Assembly: GCA_963740315.1 (NCBI GenBank)
Contig: CAVUDP010000002.1
Coordinates: 960,001-1,024,000, forward strand
Source: an uncultured cyanobacterium
Lineage (GTDB): Bacteria > Cyanobacteriota > Cyanobacteriia > Cyanobacteriales > Nostocaceae
Direction: 5' to 3'
Length of the DNA stretch: 64,000 bases
The notes under the pieces are model-generated. The model had not been told where the DNA came from, did not search any database, and saw nothing but the letters and a program-made list of their open reading frames with translations. Positions 30,075-41,856 of the stretch are shown here, piece after piece. How positions within the stretch are numbered: position 1 is the first letter of the stretch; each line of letters starts with the position of its first letter. Both the position numbers and the translations under genes were made by a program.

Positions 30075-30544
30075 ATTTTTACGTTTTACAACATCAAACG
30101 TGTAAATACTTAAATAAATAAATAGTTAGTTAATAATCTTACTCTTCCTTTAATTAATTTATCAGTCTATATTAATGGACTTATGCCATAATAGCGGGGA
30201 ATTGGATTCGCAGCCGGACATGGGAAAAGTCGAAAAATATCAATATACTTAGTACTTTTTATGAAAATATTTTCTTTTAATCCCTGATTATAAAGCATTA
30301 AACTTTTATCTTAGTACCACGGTGAACATGAAGTTCTTGTTAAAAACTGCTTCAGGTAGATGCGTAATGCCCCTTGGTAATGATAAATAAATAATCATTG
30401 GCTTTATTAAATCAATTTGATTGATTCTTGGTTGCGGTGAATAGCGGCATTTGTTTGCCTAAAATTTAATTTCACTCCTCGCACTCAACTAATACCCAAC
30501 CGAGTCAACTTTAAAACTACAAAATCGACAACCGCGCATATACG

Positions 30545-31414
30545 ATGAAAGCATCTGCAAAATTCGACTTTGAGGACGAGAAGTTCAATGCACCACCTTC
30601 TCGTGTTGTCCCTTGGTGTCAAATGATAAATCCGAGATATGGAACTGATGGGGTAAGTTCCTACGGTTTGGCGATTAAGTTAGAAAATGCCCGTGCTGTT
30701 GGCTTTGTACCGGATGAAGATTGGCAGCAGGTAGAACATCAATTTAGTACGTCGGTTGAAACGGTTCTTATCAATACAACCCCAAATATAGTTATAGTAC
30801 GTCGGGGACCTTTATCGGTAAAAGACCGCGAAACAAATACAAAGTTAGGAACTCTCAAAGATAATTATGATGCTTTTAAAGAGGACAAGCTTAAATTTAA
30901 AACTTTTACTCGCTATTTAATTTTTTTGGCAGGGAAAGATAAGAATTTTTTACATGAATTACCTTTACAATTAACTCTCAATGGTGCGGCTGGAGCAAGT
31001 TTTAGTAAAGCTTACTGCGAATATCAGCAAGGAAGAGCAACTAGTGGATTTGTAGCCGAATTAGAAAGGGCATATGCCGGATATCGCCGTCAAGCCACAA
31101 CCCCAAAAGGACCTTTATTTCACGCTCACGGTATTTTTTCACCGATAATTGAATGTGAAGAAAGAGGAATTGCCACAAATACCGTTTTAGTTGCTGCAAC
31201 TGTAGACTATAAGCATCCTACAGTTTCAACATTAACTAATTATTTGATTGCTTCAGACTCAAAGGAATCTGCATTGATTTCCAAGAATTTTGAAGAATAC
31301 AAAGATTTTGCCAAAGAACCAGTCAAAACAGAAACACGCCCAATGGCAGTAGCGGGAGTTTCTAGTTCTTACCTTTACCCAGATGAAGAAGATTTTGGGT
31401 ATCCGCCGTATTAA
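30545..31414 (+). CDS. Conserved cyanobacterial hypothetical protein (DUF5895-like)
   Basis: 289-aa ORF; family recalled from the N-terminus FDFEDEKFNAPPS..PWCQMINP, not verified. Confidence 0.7.
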   Translation: MKASAKFDFEDEKFNAPPSRVVPWCQMINPRYGTDGVSSYGLAIKLENARAVGFVPDEDWQQVEHQFSTSVETVLINTTPNIVIVRRGPLSVKDRETNTKLGTLKDNYDAFKEDKLKFKTFTRYLIFLAGKDKNFLHELPLQLTLNGAAGASFSKAYCEYQQGRATSGFVAELERAYAGYRRQATTPKGPLFHAHGIFSPIIECEERGIATNTVLVAATVDYKHPTVSTLTNYLIASDSKESALISKNFEEYKDFAKEPVKTETRPMAVAGVSSSYLYPDEEDFGYPPY

Positions 31415-31640
31415 GGGATGGGGAGATGGGGGGACAAGGGGATGGGGAGATGGGGAGATGGGGAATAGTTAGGAGTTAGGAGTTAGGAGTTAGGAGTTAG
31501 GAGTGAAGAAAGCTCCGGGAGCGGAGGAAGAAAATAAATAATTAGTTTTCTAATAAAAAAATTAATTTCTTCCCCTGCCCCCTCTGCCTCCTCTGCCTCC
31601 TCTACCCCCTCTCCCCCCTCTACCCCCTCTACCCCATCCC

Positions 31641-32933
31641 TCACTCCTCCTCGCCCATTGCTAAACCTGCTAAATAAGCAGTTGTCCAAGCGCTTTGGAA
31701 GTTAAAGCCGCCGGTGATGCCGTCGATATCGAGAATTTCTCCGGCAAAATATAGTCCTTCTACTAAGCGGCTTTCCATTGTCTTGAAGTTGACTTCTTTG
31801 AGTTTAATTCCGCCGCAGGTGACAAATTCGTCTTTGAAAACTCCTTTACCGCTAATAATGTATTGTCCTTGAGTTAGTTCTTGGACTAATTTATTTAAAG
31901 CTTTTTTAGGTAATTCAGCCCAGCGGGTTTCTTTATCAATACCGGCGCGGGATATGAGATATTGCCACAAGCGATGCGGTAATTTTATTCCTCGGTGTAG
32001 TGCGATCGCTCTTTTTCCATACTCTTGACTTACCTGTTGTAGTTCGAGACGCACTTCATCTTGATTTGAATCTGGCAGCCAATTAATAGTAACGGTTCCT
32101 TTGTAGCCCGATTCGTGGAATATTCTCGCGCCCCAAGCGGAAAGTTTTAACACCGCTGGACCACTTAAACCCCAGTGAGTAATTAATAACGGTCCAGTTT
32201 GTTCTAATTGCGGTTTTCCCGGTACTGTTAAACGTAGCTGTACGGGATTAACGCTAACACCAGCTAACGATCGCAATTCTTTATCTAAAATATTGAAGGT
32301 AAATAAAGAAGGAACGATTGGTTCTACTTGATGACCTAATTTCTTGGCGATTCTGTAACCTACTGGGTTGCTACCAGTTGCCAGCAGTAGTTTATCGCAA
32401 TGTAAAATTTCCCCAGATTTAAGTAAAATCTCGAATCTGGATTTACCTTCATCATCTGCAAAAATATGAGAATTGTCTTCTGTTTCTTCTAATTCTTCTA
32501 ATTGTTGAGACTTTACCCAAACTACAGGTGAACCCGTGCGAATTTGTACCCTATAGGAAGAAGCAGTTTTTATCAAACAATCTACAATCGTTTCCGAACT
32601 ATCTGTAATTGGAAACATCCGTCCATCAGCTTCAGTTTTTAACTGCACCCCTTCAGATGCGAACCAATCAACAGTATCTTGAGCTTGGAAGCGAGAAAAA
32701 GCGCCTAATAAAGCTTTTGAACCTCTAGGATAATTTTGGATAAAACCCTTGGTATCGAAAAGAGCGTGAGTGACATTACAACGTCCCCCACCAGAAATAC
32801 GAACCTTCGCCAGTAGCTGACGACTGGCTTCGAGTAAGATAATAGAGGCATTCTCATTAGTTTTAGCAGCTGATATCGCCGCAAAAAAACCCGCAGCCCC
32901 ACCGCCAACAATTACAATTTTTAATGGTTGCAA
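31641..32933 (-). CDS. HI0933/BaiN family flavoprotein
   Basis: GGGAAG, KVRISGGGRCNVT, GLSGPAVL, GEILDIDGITGGFNFQSAW. Confidence 0.93.
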   Translation of the reverse strand: MQPLKIVIVGGGAAGFFAAISAAKTNENASIILLEASRQLLAKVRISGGGRCNVTHALFDTKGFIQNYPRGSKALLGAFSRFQAQDTVDWFASEGVQLKTEADGRMFPITDSSETIVDCLIKTASSYRVQIRTGSPVVWVKSQQLEELEETEDNSHIFADDEGKSRFEILLKSGEILHCDKLLLATGSNPVGYRIAKKLGHQVEPIVPSLFTFNILDKELRSLAGVSVNPVQLRLTVPGKPQLEQTGPLLITHWGLSGPAVLKLSAWGARIFHESGYKGTVTINWLPDSNQDEVRLELQQVSQEYGKRAIALHRGIKLPHRLWQYLISRAGIDKETRWAELPKKALNKLVQELTQGQYIISGKGVFKDEFVTCGGIKLKEVNFKTMESRLVEGLYFAGEILDIDGITGGFNFQSAWTTAYLAGLAMGEEE

Positions 32934-33148
32934 GTTCCGAACTATTTATAAACGAATTGGATACAACGATTTAAAAAATAAAAGTTCTTCATTCATTTAT
33001 TTTTATGCGTAGCTAATCTAGTTCAAGTTTCTATGCGCTTATAGAAGTGCCACATTAATAGATTACTACAACACAATGCAAATCAAACTACTTTTCCGAC
33101 CTAAGAACAAACTTATTATTCTTTATCATAAATAATTTAGATACTTAT

Positions 33149-33346
33149 CTAAAAACGCAACCAAGTTTTTTGAGCATAACTGAGAATTCCAAAAGCTATT
33201 GCGGCTAAAAACAATAGCAAAATAACACCTCCAGGAACAAAAGTCAGAATACCCAAACCTCTAAGAACCCATACAGCGATCGCAATACCGAGAAACGTCC
33301 CAAAAGCCTGGATTAATCTTTGATTCAATTTAGAAGATTGACTCAC
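33149..33346 (-). CDS. Small two-TM membrane protein
   Basis: 65-aa ORF with two hydrophobic helices. Confidence 0.75.
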   Translation of the reverse strand: MSQSSKLNQRLIQAFGTFLGIAIAVWVLRGLGILTFVPGGVILLLFLAAIAFGILSYAQKTWLRF

Positions 33347-33760
33347 CTTATATGCCTCTTAAATCAATAGTGCTTAAGACATTCTAGCTATTTAAACAGT
33401 TATCAGTAATTAGTTAGGAGTTAAGAGTTAAGAGTTAAGAGTTAAGAGTTAATAGTTAATAATTATCCCCCCATCTCCCCCCTCTCCCCATCTCCCCATC
33501 TCCCCCTTGCCCCATCTCCCCCTTGCCCCCTCTCCCCCCTCTCTCTTACTTTTATCAACATCATCTCTTCACAAATTCAGTGATAATAGTGACATATTTT
33601 TGGGTAAATTTTGGGAATAATATACTAGATACACAGCTAGTTCCGGAACGCTTGTATAGTCAACTGGAACTAGAATTATTGAATAAGCCTCTATTTAACT
33701 GTAGAGTCTGTATTCATTATTCAAGTGTAGTGTGGAATATTTAGGAGCGAGGGAAACATT

Positions 33761-34318
33761 ATGTCTGCGTCTTTTTTCTCAGGCTTAATTAATACGGGTT
33801 CGGATATGGCTTGGAATCAAAACAAGCAAGCAGCATTGCTTAGCGGTGAAATTTTAGTAGAAACACATTCTCATACTGCTTGGGGTGGGTGTGTTAGCGC
33901 CAAAATGTATTTACCACTGATACGTTCGCAAGTTTGGCAGCAGATAACGGATTATCCACGTTGGGTGCAGTATTTCCCTGATATTACTCAGAGTGAAATT
34001 ATACACAAAGGTGATGTTAAACGTCTGTATCAGGCAGCACAAAAAGCGTTTATGTTTTTTACGGCGAAAGTAGATATTTATTTGAATGTAGTAGAAGATT
34101 TAGGACATAAAGTCCAGTTTAAACTGGATAAAGGAACTTTTCACGATTTCAGTGCGGATATCGATTTACAAGATTGCGGTAGCGGTACTTTATTAACTTA
34201 TTCAGTACAGGCTACTCCTTTAATCCCCATACCTTCAATGTTTATTCAACAAGCGATGAATTTTGAATTGCCTGCTAATATGCGTAAAATGCGACAAGTC
34301 CTTTGTAAGGGAATGTAA
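33761..34318 (+). CDS. SRPBCC/polyketide cyclase-like (START fold) protein
   Basis: VWQQITDYPRWVQYFPDI pattern; C-terminal helix ELPANMRKMR. Confidence 0.82.
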   Translation: MSASFFSGLINTGSDMAWNQNKQAALLSGEILVETHSHTAWGGCVSAKMYLPLIRSQVWQQITDYPRWVQYFPDITQSEIIHKGDVKRLYQAAQKAFMFFTAKVDIYLNVVEDLGHKVQFKLDKGTFHDFSADIDLQDCGSGTLLTYSVQATPLIPIPSMFIQQAMNFELPANMRKMRQVLCKGM

Positions 34319-34323
34319 AAGCG

Positions 34324-34899
34324 ATGTCACAGGCAAATGAAATTCTCGACTTTTGGTTTGGTAAGCAGGATGAGCCAGACTACGGTAAGTCTAGAAAATC
34401 TTGGTTTGCGAAAGAACCAGAGTTTGATGAAGAACTACGAAGATGTTTTATTACAGATTACGAAAAGGCAGCAGGAGGACACTTAGATGAATGGAAAGAT
34501 TCACCATCCGACTGTTTAGCTTTGATCTTGCTGCTGGATCAATTTCCGAGAAATATTTTTCGTGAAACTCCCCAAGCTTTCGCTACCGATTGGGAAGCAC
34601 TCTCAACCGCACATCAGGCGATCGCACAAGGTTATGACGTACAATTATTAAACGTACAGCGTTGGTTTGTGTATTTACCTTTTGTACACAGCGAAAATAT
34701 CGAACACCAGCGTAAAGCGGTAAAGCTATTTCAAAAACTTAGTGGAGACAGGGATAGTGCCAGCGCGATTGAAAACGCAATCCGCCATAGGTCGGTAATT
34801 GAACGTTTTGGGCGCTTTCCCCATCGCAATATAATTTTAGGACGACCTTCAACTCCTGAAGAAAAGGAGTTTTTGAAAGAACCGGGAGCGCGATTTTAA
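34324..34899 (+). CDS. DUF924 family protein
   Basis: ILDFWF, LLDQFPRNIFR, YLPFVHSE, IERFGRFPHRN. Confidence 0.92.
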   Translation: MSQANEILDFWFGKQDEPDYGKSRKSWFAKEPEFDEELRRCFITDYEKAAGGHLDEWKDSPSDCLALILLLDQFPRNIFRETPQAFATDWEALSTAHQAIAQGYDVQLLNVQRWFVYLPFVHSENIEHQRKAVKLFQKLSGDRDSASAIENAIRHRSVIERFGRFPHRNIILGRPSTPEEKEFLKEPGARF

Positions 34900-34911
34900 T
34901 CGCAATTTATT

Positions 34912-34957
34912 AAGACACAAAGACGTAATATCAAATCGATTCGCGTCTTTGTGTTTT
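34912..34957 (+). terminator. Hairpin downstream of the DUF924 gene
   Basis: ACACAAAGACG...CGTCTTTGTGT followed by T-run. Confidence 0.5.
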
Positions 34958-35250
34958 AGTCGAATTTTTTCCATCGAAGCGAGACAAAATTGAAATTTTA
35001 TTTTTGTAAATGCAATCTCTAAATATTTAACAGTTAAATTCAAAAATAGTATGAGTTTTAAGGTAAAACAATAAAAGCTAGATATATAAAATTTTTACTA
35101 TTTACTCTTTAACAAAATATATCACTTGTTGAGTAAATAATAAAATTATGAAAGATAATATATTTAACGTTAATAAGAGGTATTTTTATATTTTAATTAG
35201 AACTTAAATTAGAACTTAAATTAAAACTTAATACCCTAAAGCACAACTTA

Positions 35251-35487
35251 TTAACGTAAATTATAAGAATTATTAGAAACTGTCGCTCCCGTATCAAACA
35301 AAACTTCATTTAACTCTGGCTCGGTAAATTCATAGCCTAGAGTTGCGGCAAAATTAACTATCTTCGTTTTATCCCAATTCCAGACACCAAAGGTTCCTTT
35401 TACAGAACACTTTTTATAGTATTCTTCGTAAACTTCCTGATTTGCCATCAAATTTTCGTAGAAAGCATCAACCTGTTGTAATGACAT
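35251..35487 (-). CDS. Nif11-like leader peptide family protein
   Basis: MSLQQVDAFYE... and IVNFAATLGYEFTEPEL, the Nif11 pattern. Confidence 0.75.
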   Translation of the reverse strand: MSLQQVDAFYENLMANQEVYEEYYKKCSVKGTFGVWNWDKTKIVNFAATLGYEFTEPELNEVLFDTGATVSNNSYNLR

Positions 35488-35787
35488 AAAAGCCGATCTC
35501 CTGACTCGCGTGACTTAATTATAAAAAACTACATACCTAAAGCTGTAGATTCCCTTACGGATAACTTCTTATTCATAGGTTGAAAGTAGTTACACGGATA
35601 AATTTGATAGATGCTCATGATAAAAATATTGTTCCGATACTACGACCAACCTTTGAAGCAGTTAAGAACAAAAACCCTGATGATACGTATTATTTTATTT
35701 ACGTATTGTCTGTCACGCCATGAGGAAATTACGTATTTCAGTTGCTAGTTACCAATTGGATATTGGGCATTAGGAATAGTTAGGAGT

Positions 35788-35808
35788 ACTTCGACAAGCT
35801 CAGTAACC
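35788..35808. mobile_element. 21-nt small dispersed repeat embedded in STRR
   Basis: ACTTCGACAAGCTCAGTAACC between TAGGAGT and TTATTGAGTT. Confidence 0.75.
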
Positions 35809-35923
35809 TTATTGAGTTAAGAGGTAAGAACTAACAATTTATCCCCTTGTCACCTTGTCCCCATCTCCCTATCTCCCCATCTCCCTATCTCCCTATCTCC
35901 CCATCTCCCCATCCCCCCATCCC

Positions 35924-37633
35924 TCAATCACAAGGCTGTATCTGGTCCCAAAAAATCCAACCTTGATTACCATCGGAAAGTTTTATTTGTACAAAATCAC
36001 CTTGGGATTTGAGAAACAAAACTTTTTCTCCTTGATTCAATGCTTTAAATCCTTCGGCTTCCCTATAAGGTTGATGGCGTAATTCTGGTAATCTTGACAA
36101 CTCGGTGGGAGAAACAACGCGACACAGTTGGGGTTGTTGCGATAGCAAATTATTATGTTGCGAGTTGGTTTTACCCAAGTTACCAGCATTTACTAATGCA
36201 AATCCTCCAACACTAGCTATAACAGCAGCTACACCTATACTTTGTACTCCAATCAACGGTACATTTTTAAGCATGGGCAAGTTTAGCAAAGGTTTGCTCG
36301 GTAGAGAAGTAGTGGGGGGTTTTTCTAATTTACTGTTGATTTTCGGAAGCCGAGCAGTTTTAGTTATGGGTTGTTGTGCTTCAACTGCAAAATTTTTATT
36401 CTTGTAATCTACAGGAATATAGTTGTTGGGATACTTTTGGGAAGTAATGCCTTTAACTTTCAAATGCTGCCGTCCCAAGCGCAGTACGCTGGAAATAGAA
36501 AGTGGCATTTCTCCGGCTAAAAGTAATTGCCCGTCAAGAATAGGTGGATTTTTGTGACGCAGGTTTCGTAAATAAAATTTTTCTTTTTCTTGATTGAAAA
36601 ATATTTCTACATGTAGCGCGGATACTGTTGGTTCCGATAAAATCACGTCGCAATCTTGAGGATCGCGACCGATACGGATTTTTCCTGGGGTTTTAGTTAG
36701 GTGATTATTAGTGATTTTAAAAGTTTTAGTTTCGTTAGTTTCCTCCCACTCTAAGGTGAGTTCGTAGACATCATTATTAGTATTATTTTTAAAGACAGCG
36801 GGTTCTTCTAGAATTGGTAATTCTTTTAACGCTTGTATTACTTCATCTACATTTTGATAGCGCTCTTTAAAATGGTAGCGCGTCATTTTATTTAAAACTT
36901 TGGCAAATGCCGGATCTACTTCTCTAAGATGTTCCCAAAGTATTTCCCCGGTATTTGGATCGTCTTGAAGTTCGTAAGGATATACGCCAGTTAACGCCTG
37001 AATAGCTATCATTCCCAAAGCATAAATATCACTTCCTTGACGCGGTAAACGCCTAATTTGTTCGGAAGGCATATAGCCGCGAGTTCCTACAACCAATGTG
37101 ACATTTTGTTTTGGCGAATTAGTCGCCGTTTGAGAGCGTAATTGTTTGATTGCACCAAAGTCAATCAAGACCAACTTATTATCTGAACTACGTCTAATAA
37201 GATTATCCGGTTTGATGTCGCGGTGAATTACTCCTTGACTGTGAACAAATTGCAAAATTGACAATATTTCAGTCAAAATAGCGATAACTTGGCTTTGACT
37301 TAATTTACTTCCTTGGGGTAATTCTCTACTTAGAGAATGTCCTTCAATTAATTCTTGTACCAAATAAAATTGATTATTGTCATCAAAATAAGCTAGAAGT
37401 CTGGGAATTTGGTCGTGATTTCCCAACTGTTGTAATGTATCGGCTTCTTTTTGAAATAATCTTCTAGCTGCTTCTAAAGTTTCCGGTAAAGTACTAGTAG
37501 TCTTTAAATGCTTCAGAACGCATTTCGGTTTTCCGGGAAGGTGAATGTCTTCAGTAATATAAGTTTGTCCAAAGCCTCCTTCTGCTAATATTTGGAGAAC
37601 TTTGTAACGTCCTGCTAGTAACTGACCAATCAT
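35924..37633 (-). CDS. Ser/Thr protein kinase with FHA domain, TM helix and C-terminal SH3-like domain
   Basis: HRDIKPDN and DFG; FHA IGRDP..CD..VSALH; hydrophobic GVAAVIASVGGFALV; SH3b-like FVQIKLSDGNQGWIF. Confidence 0.9.
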   Translation of the reverse strand: MIGQLLAGRYKVLQILAEGGFGQTYITEDIHLPGKPKCVLKHLKTTSTLPETLEAARRLFQKEADTLQQLGNHDQIPRLLAYFDDNNQFYLVQELIEGHSLSRELPQGSKLSQSQVIAILTEILSILQFVHSQGVIHRDIKPDNLIRRSSDNKLVLIDFGAIKQLRSQTATNSPKQNVTLVVGTRGYMPSEQIRRLPRQGSDIYALGMIAIQALTGVYPYELQDDPNTGEILWEHLREVDPAFAKVLNKMTRYHFKERYQNVDEVIQALKELPILEEPAVFKNNTNNDVYELTLEWEETNETKTFKITNNHLTKTPGKIRIGRDPQDCDVILSEPTVSALHVEIFFNQEKEKFYLRNLRHKNPPILDGQLLLAGEMPLSISSVLRLGRQHLKVKGITSQKYPNNYIPVDYKNKNFAVEAQQPITKTARLPKINSKLEKPPTTSLPSKPLLNLPMLKNVPLIGVQSIGVAAVIASVGGFALVNAGNLGKTNSQHNNLLSQQPQLCRVVSPTELSRLPELRHQPYREAEGFKALNQGEKVLFLKSQGDFVQIKLSDGNQGWIFWDQIQPCD

Positions 37634-38620
37634 GCTATTACGGTGTTTAAAAAGTAATTTTACGCTCAAGAGTCTGATTTGTAACTGTATCAAATACTAT
37701 TTTCGTTTTTAGAGGCACAAGCGATCGGGAAGTTCTCTCCTATGCAAGTAAGTGGCGTGACTTTTAATTCTGAAATATCTGGAATCTAATTTTTCACGTA
37801 GCTACAAAAAAATGATGGCAGTAAAGTATATTTTTTACATTTACTGAATTTAACTCTATATAATTATTCAACATTTTAATTGGCTATCCTGATAACAGCT
37901 TGAATTAATGACTCTGTAATTTCATTCTTCTAAAAATAATTTTAAGCAAGCTGGTAAATAAATGAATAACAAATTTCAGGATAGGTTGTTGCCACTTTGG
38001 CAGTTATTTATAGAATCAATAAATTTGCTTTAAATACAGTTATTCATAACTATTGTTACATTTGTAGCAATAAAAATTAAGCACTGTATTCTAAGTAAAT
38101 TTATTTTTTATGTATTATTAATACTCCTCAAGAAAATTATACAAGAGTAGTTCGACAATTCAAGTTTTAGCCTAGTATTGAGCTATATGTCAATTTAGTT
38201 ATCTAGTTAACAAATAAGTTAGATAATCTCTGTTATCGTTCCTCATAAGCAGTTTGTATCTTAGCTATATTGACGGGTAAATATATATCTATTTGTAATT
38301 AATTCCGTTTTATTTATTGATAATTGGTGCTTTAGATAACTTTAAGTTTGGTTTCAATATCATATGTATTCTTTGGGTATTTAAGAGATTATTCATAATT
38401 TCAAAATAAAAACGATCGGGAGTTTTATTGGCGTAGATTTCGTTCTTAATTTGTCGTCCAGAACACTAAAAAGCAACGAAATTTATGATGATGCGTTGTG
38501 CTGTCGCAATAATACCACCCTACTGTTACTAATGAAAATCCTGTAGAGTTCTTCCTATAACTATAAATAAACAAATTACTATATAAGTTATTAAACATGC
38601 AGACCTTTAACCTTTAACCT

Positions 38621-38652
38621 AAAAAAAACCCAGTTTCTTAATGAAACTGGGC
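38621..38652 (-). terminator. Probable intrinsic terminator of clpB
   Basis: CCCAGTTTC-N5-GAAACTGGG hairpin with an adjacent A-run (U-tail on the minus strand). Confidence 0.6.
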
Positions 38653-38685
38653 AGGCCCTACGCCTTAATTAAAATGTGCAGCGGA

Positions 38686-41304
38686 TTACATTGCAACTAA
38701 CTCTGCGGGAACGAGCTTAAAAACAAGCCGCTCGTTTTCTACATCGACAAAGATAGTATCGCCGTCGTTGAATTCACCGCGCAAAATGGATTTAGCAATT
38801 TGAGTTTCTAATTCGCGCTGAATCGCACGTTTTAACGGACGCGCACCGTATACCGGATCGTATCCGACTTCTGCTAAAAAGTCTAAAGCAGCATCGGAAA
38901 GCTTCAAAGACATTTTGCGATCGGCTAATCGATGACGCAATCTTTCCACTTGCAACTGGACAATCTGGCGTAATTCCGCTTTATCCAAAGCATGGAAGAA
39001 GATTATTTCATCAATACGGTTGAGAAATTCTGGACGAAAACTATTTCGCATCGCTTCCATAACTCGGCTACGCATTTCTTCATAACGAGAATTATCTCCA
39101 GCAACATCAAGGATAAATTGGGAACCGATGTTACTCGTCATGATGATAATCGTGTTTTTGAAGTCCACCGTGCGTCCTTGAGAATCGGTAACTCGTCCGT
39201 CATCAAGGATTTGCAGCATGATGTTAAACACATCCGGGTGAGCTTTTTCGATTTCGTCGAAGAGAATTACCGCGTAGGGACGACGACGGATAGCTTCGGT
39301 AAGTTGTCCGCCTTCTTCGTAACCAACATATCCCGGAGGCGCACCAAGCAAGCGAGAAACGGCGTGTTTTTCCATGTATTCCGACATATCAATCCGCACC
39401 ATCGCTTCTTCGGTGTCGAACATATAGGAAGCTAAAGCTTTAGCCAATTCGGTTTTACCAACACCTGTAGGACCGAGGAAAATAAACGAAGCTATGGGAC
39501 GATTGGGATCGGCAAGTCCCGCACGGGAACGCTGTATGGCATCGGCGATCGCAGTTACTGCTTCATCTTGTCCGACGACGCGGTTGTGCAATTCATCTTC
39601 AAGATTTAATAATTTCTCTTTCTCGGATTCCACTAATTTGCTGATGGGGATACCCGTCCATTTGGAAATAACTTCCGCAATATCAGCTTCGGTGACTTCT
39701 TCCCGTAACAGAGATTTACCGCTGTGCTGCGCTTGAGAAAGTTCGGTTTCAGCAGCTTCTAATTGACGATGCAAATCGGTTAACTTGCCGTATTTCAACT
39801 CAGCAGCCCGATTCAGGTCGTAATCACGCTCTGCCTGCTGAATTTCTACGTTAACTCGATCAATTTCCTCTTTAACCGACTGAATTTTGGTAATTACGTC
39901 TTTTTCCGACTGCCATTGACTGCTAAGGGCACGCTGTTCTTCTTTGAAATCGGCAAGTTCTTTTTCTAACCTTTCCAAACGTTCGCGAGATGCCGTATCG
40001 CTTTCTTTTTGCAGCGATAGCTTCTCCATTTCCAATTGCAGAATCTTGCGATCGATTTCGTCTAATTCTTCTGGTTTAGAAGTAATTTCCATTTTTAGAC
40101 GTGCTGCGGCTTCATCTACTAGATCGATCGCTTTATCGGGTAAAAAGCGATCGGTAATATAACGGTTAGATAAAGTAGCAGCCGCCACCAAAGAACTATC
40201 GGCAATTCTTACCCCGTGGTGGACTTCATACCGTTCCTTCAAACCGCGAAGAATCGAAACAGTATCTTCTACACTGGGTTGACCGACGTAAACTTGTTGG
40301 AAGCGTCTTTCTAAAGCCGCATCCTTTTCAATATATTTACGATATTCATCTAAAGTTGTCGCACCAATACAGCGCAATTCACCCCGCGCTAACATCGGCT
40401 TGAGCAAATTACCCGCATCCATCGCGCCTTGAGTCGCACCAGCGCCGACAACGGTATGAATTTCGTCAATAAATAGAACAATATGACCTTGAGATTCGGT
40501 AACTTCTTTCAATACAGCCTTGAGACGTTCCTCAAACTCACCTCGGAACTTCGCACCTGCAATCAAAGCACCCATATCCAAAGCTATCAGCTTGCGATCC
40601 TTAAGCGATTGCGGCACATCACCCGCCAAAATTCGCTGCGCCAAACCTTCAGCGATCGCAGTTTTACCAACACCAGGTTCGCCAATTAATACGGGGTTAT
40701 TTTTAGTCCGACGTGACAAAATCTGAATAGTACGACGAATTTCATCATCGCGTCCAATTACGGGATCAAGTTTACCTTCACTAGCAGCTTGAGTTAAGTC
40801 ACGCCCGTATTTTTCCAGAGATTGATATTTACCTTCTGGATTTTGGTCAGTCACTTTTTGACTCCCCCTAATTTGCTTAATAGTTTCTTTTAATTTCCTT
40901 TCATCTATGCCATTTTCTCGGAACAGAGTTTTACCCAAACGGTCATCCCTGGCATAGGCTAGCAATAAATGCTCGATCGAAATATATTCGTCGCCAAACT
41001 CCTTACGGTAGCCATCCGCTCGGTCTAAAAGCGTATCCAAGCTGCGTCCCAAGTATACAGAGCTACTGTTACCCGATACCTTTGGTTGACTTTTGATAAA
41101 CTCTTCGGCACGCTGCTTGATTTTAGTCGGATTCGCACCCACCTTAGTAAAAATAGGTGCAGCCAATCCATCTTGTTCCAGCAGCGCCTTCATCAAATGT
41201 TCGCTTTCAATCTGCTGCTGTTGATATTCTTTTGCAATCTCAGGAGTATGGGTAATAGCCTCCCAAGCTTTTTCGGTAAATTGATTTGGATTAGTTGGTT
41301 GCAT
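38686..41304 (-). CDS. clpB: ATP-dependent chaperone ClpB
   Basis: Two Walker A motifs ([16 protein letters not shown]), coiled-coil M domain, 872 aa. Confidence 0.98.
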   Translation of the reverse strand: MQPTNPNQFTEKAWEAITHTPEIAKEYQQQQIESEHLMKALLEQDGLAAPIFTKVGANPTKIKQRAEEFIKSQPKVSGNSSSVYLGRSLDTLLDRADGYRKEFGDEYISIEHLLLAYARDDRLGKTLFRENGIDERKLKETIKQIRGSQKVTDQNPEGKYQSLEKYGRDLTQAASEGKLDPVIGRDDEIRRTIQILSRRTKNNPVLIGEPGVGKTAIAEGLAQRILAGDVPQSLKDRKLIALDMGALIAGAKFRGEFEERLKAVLKEVTESQGHIVLFIDEIHTVVGAGATQGAMDAGNLLKPMLARGELRCIGATTLDEYRKYIEKDAALERRFQQVYVGQPSVEDTVSILRGLKERYEVHHGVRIADSSLVAAATLSNRYITDRFLPDKAIDLVDEAAARLKMEITSKPEELDEIDRKILQLEMEKLSLQKESDTASRERLERLEKELADFKEEQRALSSQWQSEKDVITKIQSVKEEIDRVNVEIQQAERDYDLNRAAELKYGKLTDLHRQLEAAETELSQAQHSGKSLLREEVTEADIAEVISKWTGIPISKLVESEKEKLLNLEDELHNRVVGQDEAVTAIADAIQRSRAGLADPNRPIASFIFLGPTGVGKTELAKALASYMFDTEEAMVRIDMSEYMEKHAVSRLLGAPPGYVGYEEGGQLTEAIRRRPYAVILFDEIEKAHPDVFNIMLQILDDGRVTDSQGRTVDFKNTIIIMTSNIGSQFILDVAGDNSRYEEMRSRVMEAMRNSFRPEFLNRIDEIIFFHALDKAELRQIVQLQVERLRHRLADRKMSLKLSDAALDFLAEVGYDPVYGARPLKRAIQRELETQIAKSILRGEFNDGDTIFVDVENERLVFKLVPAELVAM

Positions 41305-41598
41305 AGGTTTTGTAAAAAAGTTAACAACTTGATTACTACAAAAAAATTAAAAATAAACAATTCTTTCTATAAAACATTCTAAAAAAAGTTATGCATCTTA
41401 CAAGATCGGTGTTCACCCCTCATTTAGTGGTATTTCCCTAAATTCAGGTCAAAGGTTAAAGGTTAAAGGTTAAAGGTTAAAGGTTAAAGGTTAAAATTCC
41501 CCTTGTCTCCCCATCTCCCCATCTCCCCCTCTCCCCCCTCTCCCCCATCCCCATCCCCATACCGAGCTAACATAACTATGAGAATAGGGCAGCAAGAA

Positions 41599-41856
41599 AT
41601 GGCTAAAAAACAGAAATTTCCTTATTTACTAGGATCTAAATGGACATCTGGGCAAAAAATCGACGGTTGGCGACACTTTCAAGTTATCAACCGCAAAAAT
41701 CAAGGTAAGTGGGTATATGCAGAAATGGTCGCTTCTTGCGATAGTACGGTTCGTTTCTGGATTAACGCCAAATTATTACAAGACCGTTCAAATTGGCAAC
41801 CGGGTTGGCAATCTTTACAAGAAATGGCGCAAGTTAAGGAAGAAAATGCTTGTTGA
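41599..41856 (+). CDS. TIGR02450 family tryptophan-rich protein
   Basis: LLGSKWT...GWRHFQV...FWINAKLLQDRSNWQPGW. Confidence 0.85.
   Translation: MAKKQKFPYLLGSKWTSGQKIDGWRHFQVINRKNQGKWVYAEMVASCDSTVRFWINAKLLQDRSNWQPGWQSLQEMAQVKEENAC

Noticed and set aside
30312..30327. LexA-box-like AGTAC-N-GTGAAC upstream of the DUF5895-like gene
   Set aside because: The second half-site does not match the cyanobacterial consensus well enough.
38992..40726. Antisense ORFs within clpB (similar ones in lysC, deoC and the RTX gene)
   Set aside because: They are shadow frames of well-conserved genes with no motifs of their own.
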